From NCBI GenBank assembly GCA_964291395.2, contig OZ219856.1, forward strand, positions 2,272,001 to 2,336,000: a stretch of 64,000 bases of DNA, read 5' to 3'. Source of the DNA: Alphaproteobacteria bacterium. GTDB lineage: Bacteria; Pseudomonadota; Alphaproteobacteria; UBA2966. The notes beneath the pieces are model-generated. The model saw only the letters and a list, made by a program, of their open reading frames with translations, made no database searches and had not been told where the DNA came from. Shown here piece by piece: positions 57,518-64,000 of the stretch (position 1 is its first letter; each line of letters opens with the position of its first letter). The position numbers and the translations under genes were made by a program.

Positions 57518-59776
57518 TTGACCCGGGGTCGTCGCACGCGAGGGCCGCGCGTGCCCAAGGACAAAGCAAAGACGTCGGCCGCCTTTCCGTCGCGGGAAGA
57601 AGTGCTGCGATTCATTCACGACAGCCCCGACCGCGCGGGCAAGCGGGAGATCGCGCGGGCCTTCGGGATCTCGGGCGCGGACCGCATACGGCTCAAGAGG
57701 CTGCTCAGGGAACTGGGCGACGAAGGGCTCATCGCGAGGGGACGCCGCCGATCACCCTACGCGGCCGGCGGGCTCCCGCCGGTCACGGTCATTGAAATCA
57801 CGGGTATCGATACCGACGGCGAACTCTACGCACGCCCCACGCAGTGGAACGGCGAAACGGAACCGCCGCGCATCATCATGACTCCCGGCCAGCCCGACGG
57901 CACAGGCCTGGCCCCCGGCAATCGCGCTCTGGCGAAGCTGCGACGGACCCCGGACGGCATTTACGAGGCCCGGGTCATACGCCGACTCGCGGATCAGCCC
58001 GATGAAATCCTCGGTGTATACAACCTCGTCGCCGGCCACGGCCGCATCGTGCCGACGGACCGGCGCATCAAACGGGAATTCGTCGTGGCCGGTCCGGACT
58101 CGCTCGGCGCCTACCCCGGCGAAGTCGTGCTGGCCGAAACCCTGCGGGGCACGCGACTGGGCCTCGGCAAGGCGCGGGTCGTGGAGCGCCTCGGCTCTTT
58201 CGAGGATCCACGCAGCTACAGCCTGATCGCCATCCGCAACCAGGGCATTCCCATCACCTTCGGCGCGGCGGCTCTGGCAGAAGCGGAGGCCGCGACGCCG
58301 GTCCCGATCGGCCGGCGGCGCGACCTAAGGAACCTGCCGCTCGTCACCATCGACCCTGCCGATGCCCGGGATCACGACGACGCCGTTTGGGCGGTCCCCG
58401 ACGACGACCCCGGAAACCCCGGCGGGTGGAAAATCGTCGTCGCGATCGCCGACGTCGCGGCCTACGTCCGCCCCGGGTCGGCGCTCGACACGGATGCCCG
58501 CGAGCGGGGCAATTCCGTCTACTTTCCGGACCGCGTGGTGCCGATGCTGCCGGAGGCGTTATCGAGCGACCTGTGCTCGCTCAAGGCGGGCGTCGACCGT
58601 GCCTGCCTGGCGGCGTTCCTGTGGATCGACGCCGACGGAAACCCGCGCCGCCACGAGTTCGTCCGGGGCATGATGCGCGCCGCGGCAAACCTCACTTATC
58701 GGAGCGCCCAGCAATCACGGGACGACGGTCATGCGGACGACGTTGCGATGGTCCTCGATCCCGTGATCTCGAATCTGTACGAAGCTTACGCGACGCTTCG
58801 GCGCGCCCGCGAGCGCCGGCAACCGCTCGATATCGAGCTTCCCGAACTTCGGGTCGCACTCGGCGACGACGGACACGTGGAGAGCGTAAAACCGAGGGCC
58901 CGCTGGGACTCGCATCGCCTGATCGAGGAATTCATGATCGCGGCCAACGTCGCCGCGGCGGAAACCCTGCAAGACCGCGACGCCCCGTGCATGTACCGGG
59001 TGCACGAGCGTCCCGAAGACGAAAGGGTCGAGGCGCTTCGCGCGCTTCTGGCAAGCCTGGGTCTCCGGCTGGCGAAGGGGCAGGCGATCAAGGCCGAACA
59101 CTTCAACCGGATCCTGCGGCAGGTCGCCGCGACGCCTCACGCCCGCCTCGTCAACGAGGTGGTCCTTCGGACACAGACCCAGGCCTTCTACAGCCTCGAA
59201 AACGGCGGGCATTTCGGTCTCAACCTGCGCCGCTACGCGCATTTTACGTCGCCCATCCGCCGTTACGCGGACCTCCTGGTGCACCGCAGCCTGATCACGG
59301 CGCTGGGACTCGGCGACGACGGTCTCGCCGGGAGTATCGACGATGAACCGCCCGGGCTCGGAGATCGGATATCCGCGGCGGAACGGCGCGCCATGGCGGC
59401 CGAGCGCGAAGCGTTGGACAGATATCTCGCCGCCTACCTCGAGCCGCGCCGAGGTGCCACGTTCACGGGGCGAATCTCGGGCGTGACCCGGTTCGGTCTC
59501 TTCGTGACCCTCGACGGCGTCGGCGCCGACGGTCTGGTGCCGGTCCGCACGCTGGGCGACGACTTCTACATCCATGACGAAACGCGACACGCACTGGTCG
59601 GGGAGCGCACGGGGACGACGTTCTCCCTCGGATCGGCGATCGACGTCCGGCTCGTCGAGGCCGACACGGTCACGGGATCACTTCGTCTCGAATTGATCGG
59701 GGAAAAGGGTCCTTTCCCGCCCCTCCATGACCGGCGTCGGCAGGTGGACAGGACCCGGCGGGTCCGGCAACGTTAG
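57518..59776 (+). CDS. rnr: Ribonuclease R
   Basis: TIDPADARDHDDA, RGNSVYF, IEEFMIAAN, HFGL...YAHFTSPIRRYADL, S1 domain. Confidence 0.96.
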   Translation: MTRGRRTRGPRVPKDKAKTSAAFPSREEVLRFIHDSPDRAGKREIARAFGISGADRIRLKRLLRELGDEGLIARGRRRSPYAAGGLPPVTVIEITGIDTDGELYARPTQWNGETEPPRIIMTPGQPDGTGLAPGNRALAKLRRTPDGIYEARVIRRLADQPDEILGVYNLVAGHGRIVPTDRRIKREFVVAGPDSLGAYPGEVVLAETLRGTRLGLGKARVVERLGSFEDPRSYSLIAIRNQGIPITFGAAALAEAEAATPVPIGRRRDLRNLPLVTIDPADARDHDDAVWAVPDDDPGNPGGWKIVVAIADVAAYVRPGSALDTDARERGNSVYFPDRVVPMLPEALSSDLCSLKAGVDRACLAAFLWIDADGNPRRHEFVRGMMRAAANLTYRSAQQSRDDGHADDVAMVLDPVISNLYEAYATLRRARERRQPLDIELPELRVALGDDGHVESVKPRARWDSHRLIEEFMIAANVAAAETLQDRDAPCMYRVHERPEDERVEALRALLASLGLRLAKGQAIKAEHFNRILRQVAATPHARLVNEVVLRTQTQAFYSLENGGHFGLNLRRYAHFTSPIRRYADLLVHRSLITALGLGDDGLAGSIDDEPPGLGDRISAAERRAMAAEREALDRYLAAYLEPRRGATFTGRISGVTRFGLFVTLDGVGADGLVPVRTLGDDFYIHDETRHALVGERTGTTFSLGSAIDVRLVEADTVTGSLRLELIGEKGPFPPLHDRRRQVDRTRRVRQR

Positions 59777-59818
59777 GCCTCCGTCGCGGTCCCGCGCCGC
59801 ACGCAACGCCATCGTACA

Positions 59819-60505
59819 ATGTCTGACGCGCCCAAACAGCGACCGCCGCGACCGAGACACGCCGCGAGCCTCATCCTCTACCGCAAGCCGAAACGGGGGG
59901 CGGTCGAGATCCTGATGGGACGCCGCGACACCAAAACCCGCTTCATGCCGAGCGTGTACGTGTTCCCCGGGGGGCGCGTCGATTCCGGCGACTGGCACGC
60001 CCGGGAAGCGACACCGCTCGCCGACCACGTTCTGGCCCGGCTGACCCGCCGATGCAGCGCCGGCCGGGCGCGGGCACATGCCATGGCCGCGGTTCGCGAG
60101 ACCTACGAGGAGACCGGTCTGCTTTTGGGTCAGCGAACCCCGGATGCCGGGTCCGGCCCGCCGTCCTGGCGGCATTTCCATGAAACGGGGTATGCGCCGG
60201 CCCTGCACCGGCTCGACTATCTCGCCCGGGCGCTTACGCCGTCGAATCGCCCGATCCGCTATGACGCGCGGTTCTTTCTTGCCGAAGGGACCAAGGCCGA
60301 AGGACGGCTCGGCGGCAACGGCGAGCTCCACGACCTGCACTGGGTCGCCGTCGACCATGCTCACGACCTGCCGCTTCCCAGCGTCACGACGCACATGCTG
60401 CTCGAGATCGAGCGCTACATGGCGAATCCGCCAAAGAGGAACGACGACTGGCAGGTCTCGTTCTTCTCCCATCGCCGGGGACGGTTCTACCATCGCTATG
60501 AGTAG
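59819..60505 (+). CDS. NUDIX hydrolase
   Basis: FMPSVYVFPGGRVD, AAVRETYEETGL, RALTP..RYDARFF. Confidence 0.9.
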   Translation: MSDAPKQRPPRPRHAASLILYRKPKRGAVEILMGRRDTKTRFMPSVYVFPGGRVDSGDWHAREATPLADHVLARLTRRCSAGRARAHAMAAVRETYEETGLLLGQRTPDAGSGPPSWRHFHETGYAPALHRLDYLARALTPSNRPIRYDARFFLAEGTKAEGRLGGNGELHDLHWVAVDHAHDLPLPSVTTHMLLEIERYMANPPKRNDDWQVSFFSHRRGRFYHRYE

Positions 60506-60517
60506 ACGGCGGCCGAG

Positions 60518-61690
60518 CTGAGCGGGAAGGGTCTCACGGCCGGCGACCGCCGCCGCAGTCTGATCGCCATCTACGTGGCCGCGGCGGCCTTCGGGTTCAC
60601 GTTCGGGCTCTCCTCCCCCCTGCTCTCGCTGATCCTCGAGTCGAGGGAGGTGGGAAGCTCCATGATCGGGCTGAACGGCGCGATGACGTCCGTCGGGTTC
60701 CTCGCCTCCGCCCCCGTCATTCCCTTTCTCATTCGACGATTCGGCGTCATGCGGTTCATCACCCTCAGCGCCCTTGCCGCGACCACCGCCCTCCTGCTGT
60801 TGCGGGTGATCGACGATCTCCCGGCCTGGTTTCTGCTCCGATTCATCTTCGGCGCGGCCCTGAACGGCCTGCTGCTCGTCAGCGAGACCTGGATCAATCA
60901 GATCGCGGACCCCGCGAGCCGCGGACGGGCGATCGCGATCTACGTCACGGTCATCGCGGCGGCCTTCGCCGTCGGCCCGATGATCATTCCCCTCACCGGT
61001 ATCGAGGGCTGGACACCCTTCATCGTCGGCGCCATGGCCGTCTTGGCGTCGGCGGCCGCATTCCGGCCGGTTCGGCGCATCGCGCCGCGCTTCGACGACC
61101 GCCAAACGCTGGCGATCGTCTCCTTCTTCAAGGTGGCGCCCACCCTGATGGCCGCCGTGGCCGCCGTCGCCGTCATCGACGGCGCGATGGTCGTGCATCT
61201 CGCCGTCTATGGCCTGCGCCTCGAGGCCGGTCTCGCCCTCGCCGCGGGCATGGTGTCCGCGTTCATGGTGGGCAACGTGCTGCTCCAGATCCCCCTCGGA
61301 TGGATGGCGGACCGTTCGAACGGGTACCGGATTCTCGCGGGCTGCGCAGCCGCCGGCATCGTGTGCGGCCTGGTCATCGTCGCCTTCGCGCCCGTCCACG
61401 TAGTCGTATTGCCGGTCCTGGTCCTCTGGGGCGGCTTCACCTACGGCCTCTACACCATCGCGTTGACGCTGCTCGGCGGGCGCTTCTCCGGCACCAATCT
61501 GGTCGCGGCCAATGCCGCCTTTGCGCTGATGTGGGGTGCCGGCGGCATCGTCGGCCCGGCGGTCGGCGGCGTGGCCATGGATGCCGTCGGGCCTCACGGC
61601 CTTCCCCTGACCGTCGTCGCGGCGTGCGCCCTCTTCCTCGTCCTGCTCCTGCTCCGGCATCCCGAAGCGCTGGCCCGAAGACGTCCATAG
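60518..61690 (+). CDS. MFS transporter (start codon unclear)
   Basis: Multiple hydrophobic helices, SETWINQIA..SRGRAIAIY, QIPLGWMADR. The reading frame is open from 60506. Confidence 0.88.
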   Translation: MSGKGLTAGDRRRSLIAIYVAAAAFGFTFGLSSPLLSLILESREVGSSMIGLNGAMTSVGFLASAPVIPFLIRRFGVMRFITLSALAATTALLLLRVIDDLPAWFLLRFIFGAALNGLLLVSETWINQIADPASRGRAIAIYVTVIAAAFAVGPMIIPLTGIEGWTPFIVGAMAVLASAAAFRPVRRIAPRFDDRQTLAIVSFFKVAPTLMAAVAAVAVIDGAMVVHLAVYGLRLEAGLALAAGMVSAFMVGNVLLQIPLGWMADRSNGYRILAGCAAAGIVCGLVIVAFAPVHVVVLPVLVLWGGFTYGLYTIALTLLGGRFSGTNLVAANAAFALMWGAGGIVGPAVGGVAMDAVGPHGLPLTVVAACALFLVLLLLRHPEALARRRP

Positions 61691-61697
61691 ATCATCG

Positions 61698-61731
61698 AAC
61701 CCCCGGAACGGGCGCCCGCCCCCCGGGGGTC
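61698..61731 (+). terminator. GC-rich hairpin after the MFS gene
   Basis: ACCCCCGG...CCGGGGGT inverted repeat; only a weak U-tract. Confidence 0.4.
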
Positions 61732-61792
61732 TTGCCATCCTTGCCGACAGACTCGCTAGAATTGGAACGGAAACGCGTTTCGGGAGGAGAGC

Positions 61793-62944
61793 TTGAAGGT
61801 CACCGATATCAAGGTCCATGCCGTCGAAGCCGTACGGCGGAACTGGACGTTCATCGAGGTCGAAACGGATGCCGGGATCACCGGACTCGGCGAGATTACG
61901 TTGGAAATGTTCGACACGGGCGTCGCCGCCGCGGTCGAGGACTACAAGCGCCTTCTCATCGGCGAGAACCCGCTCGAGATCGAGCGCCTGTACGATCATC
62001 TCGTCCGAAACAAGTTCTGGCGGACCGACACCCTCAGCACCACAGTACTCTCCGGTATCGACATCGCGCTCTGGGACATCAAGGGCAAGGAGCTCGGCGT
62101 GCCTGTCTATCAGCTCCTTGGAGGCCCCGTTCGCGATACCGTCCGTGCCTACGGAAACTACTGGTTCCTGGGAGCGACCAAGGATGACTATGCGCGAACC
62201 GTCGACGACTATGCCCGGGCGGCGGCGCGCGCCGTCGACGAGGGCTGGGACGCCCTCAAATGGAGCCCGTTCGGCTCGTCCGCCTACACGACGACGATCG
62301 ATGAGGAGCGCGTGATCATCGAATGCGTCAAACGCGTGCGGGAAGCCGTCGGTGACCGCGCGGACCTGCTGCTCGACGCGCACGGACGCTTCAACTTGCC
62401 CACCATCAAGCGCATCTCTCGTAAACTCGAACCCTACGAACCGTTTTTCATCGAAGAACCAATTCCCCCGGAAAACGTCGAGGCGATGGTGGAATTGAAG
62501 CGCTCAACCCGGGTACCACTGGCGACAGGCGAACGCCTCATCACCAAGCACCAGTTCCGGGATCTGTTGAACAGCTTCGCCGTGGACTACATCCAACCGG
62601 ACATCATCCATACCGGCGGCATCACGGAGATGAAGAAGATCGCGGCCCTCGCCGAAGCCTTCTACATCCCGTTAATTCCGCATAATCCAAACGGCCCCGT
62701 GGCGACGGCCGCGACCATCCACCTGGCGGCCAGCATCCCCAATTTCATGCTGACCGAGTATATCGACCTTCCCGAAAGGGCCGATGTGCTCGTCGAGCCG
62801 CTGGTCGTGGAGAACGGTCGGTTTGCCCTGCCCACGAAACCCGGCCTCGGCATCGAACTGAACAAGAAGGTCTTCAAGAACTATCCACCGCAGGAGCGCG
62901 AGTGGGATCACTACTCCCCGGTGCGAAACATCCGGATGTCTTGA
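61793..62944 (+). CDS. Mandelate racemase/enolase-superfamily dehydratase (galactonate dehydratase-like)
   Basis: ETDAGITGLGE, IDIALWDIKGK, LDAHGR, FIEEP, TGERL, QPD, PHNPNGP, PGLGIE. Confidence 0.88.
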   Translation: MKVTDIKVHAVEAVRRNWTFIEVETDAGITGLGEITLEMFDTGVAAAVEDYKRLLIGENPLEIERLYDHLVRNKFWRTDTLSTTVLSGIDIALWDIKGKELGVPVYQLLGGPVRDTVRAYGNYWFLGATKDDYARTVDDYARAAARAVDEGWDALKWSPFGSSAYTTTIDEERVIIECVKRVREAVGDRADLLLDAHGRFNLPTIKRISRKLEPYEPFFIEEPIPPENVEAMVELKRSTRVPLATGERLITKHQFRDLLNSFAVDYIQPDIIHTGGITEMKKIAALAEAFYIPLIPHNPNGPVATAATIHLAASIPNFMLTEYIDLPERADVLVEPLVVENGRFALPTKPGLGIELNKKVFKNYPPQEREWDHYSPVRNIRMS

Positions 62945-63138
62945 GGAGGCGCCTATCCTACCGCCTTTCCGAGTATTTCGGGGGGAAGCGGCACGGTATT
63001 CCCGGAACCGTTCCCGCCAAGAAGCGGTTCACCTCTTCCGGCACCGGAGCATGACATCCGCCGCTCGAGCGCAGCGACTGACCGCGCGACAAAGCGAAAG
63101 ACCGGCCAATGATGGCCGGACGCCCGGATACGGGCGGA

Positions 63139-64000
63139 TCAGTTGACGGCGGTGGTATCCGGCCCGACCGGCGCGCCGAGCAAACGGATATCAGTCAAAC
63201 CCGGAGCTCCGTCCAAAACATGGCGGTAGACCCGGACGCTTTCCAGGACCCGTTGGACGTAATTGCGGGTTTCGGAGAACGGCACCAGTTCGATCCAGTC
63301 GATGGCATCGATCGCCCCGCCACGCGGGTCCCCATACGTCCGCAGCCATCTGTCGACGCGTGACGGCCCGGCATTGTACGCCGCAAGCGCGAGGGCATAG
63401 GCACCCCGATAGTCCGAAAGCAACTTGGACAGATAGGCACTGCCAAGCATGATGTTGTAGCCCGGGTCGCGTGTCAGCCGAGATTTGCTGTAAGCGACAC
63501 CAAGCGTCCGGGACAGTCGCTTCGCGGTACTCGGCTTCAATTGCATCAGACCGCGTGCCCCCGCGCCGCTGACCGCCAGCGGGTTCATCTCGCTTTCCTG
63601 CCGCGCCAAGCCCAGCAACAACGCGATGTCGGGAGGATCCGGCACGCGGCCGACGTCCGCCTCACCGAAGGAGACCGGATAGTTGTACGCGACGAGGTGG
63701 ACGCCGCTTCGCGTCGCCCGCTTCGCCGCCTTGACCGAGACATGCGGTGCGCCGTAGGTCAAGCCCATCTGGCTGACAAGAAGATGTTCCCCCGGCGTCC
63801 TGGCCCCCCGGCTCAGGTGCATGACGAACGTCTTCAGAGCGTCGAAATCTCCCGCTTCGCCCAGCATTCGCGCCGCCTGCACCAGCGGACGCGCCTCGAA
63901 CCGATCGCGCAGCTCGGGCGCAACGGACGGTTCTCCGACCGTGAAACCGTCGGTCGGGAACAAGGACAGGGCCCGGCCGGCCAATTGGCCGTAGAACGTG
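63139..64000 (-). CDS. Soluble lytic transglycosylase (Slt), 3' part
   Basis: ARQESEMN, GARGLMQL, AAYNAG, DWIELVPFSETRNYVQRV; runs off the window edge. Confidence 0.92.
   Translation of the reverse strand, partial: TFYGQLAGRALSLFPTDGFTVGEPSVAPELRDRFEARPLVQAARMLGEAGDFDALKTFVMHLSRGARTPGEHLLVSQMGLTYGAPHVSVKAAKRATRSGVHLVAYNYPVSFGEADVGRVPDPPDIALLLGLARQESEMNPLAVSGAGARGLMQLKPSTAKRLSRTLGVAYSKSRLTRDPGYNIMLGSAYLSKLLSDYRGAYALALAAYNAGPSRVDRWLRTYGDPRGGAIDAIDWIELVPFSETRNYVQRVLESVRVYRHVLDGAPGLTDIRLLGAPVGPDTTAVN

Noticed and set aside
59678-62383. 901-aa minus-strand ORF
   Set aside because: Shadow of the NUDIX, MFS and dehydratase genes.

Overview
GC-rich bacterial chromosome segment, most likely alphaproteobacterial/Rhodospirillales-like (inferred from the dprA-topA-rnr-NUDIX-MFS block and from the hemB and icmF types). 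Left to right: (1) the 5' part of icmF, hemB and assorted catabolic oxidoreductases. (2) A complete coenzyme F420 biosynthesis operon (npdG-cofE-cofD-cofC-fbiC), divergent from three paralogous F420-type LLM oxidoreductases and a PPOX-class enzyme, with a LOG-NUDIX-GGCT trio embedded among them. (3) A ~19 kb catabolic region built from paralog pairs: 2 isochorismatase-family amidases, 2 PuuE-like deacetylases, 2 Asp/Glu/hydantoin-racemase homologs that both lack the two catalytic Cys, and 2 FAD_binding_2 flavoproteins. It also holds a PEP-mutase/ICL lyase, an LLM enzyme, DJ-1, a divergent ComA, hydantoinase A/B, a Rieske oxygenase and PanE. (4) A toxin-antitoxin hotspot in which most toxins are broken while the antitoxins stay intact, with nested direct and inverted repeats. 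(5) A form-II CoxL-like molybdoenzyme, tcuA and a third deacetylase. (6) A duplicated marR sandwiching a vapBC pair. (7) Core genes dprA, topA and rnr, then NUDIX, MFS, an enolase-family dehydratase and the 3' end of a soluble lytic transglycosylase. No rRNA, tRNA, CRISPR array, integrase or transposase was recognised. All calls come from motif recognition by eye; no database searches were run.
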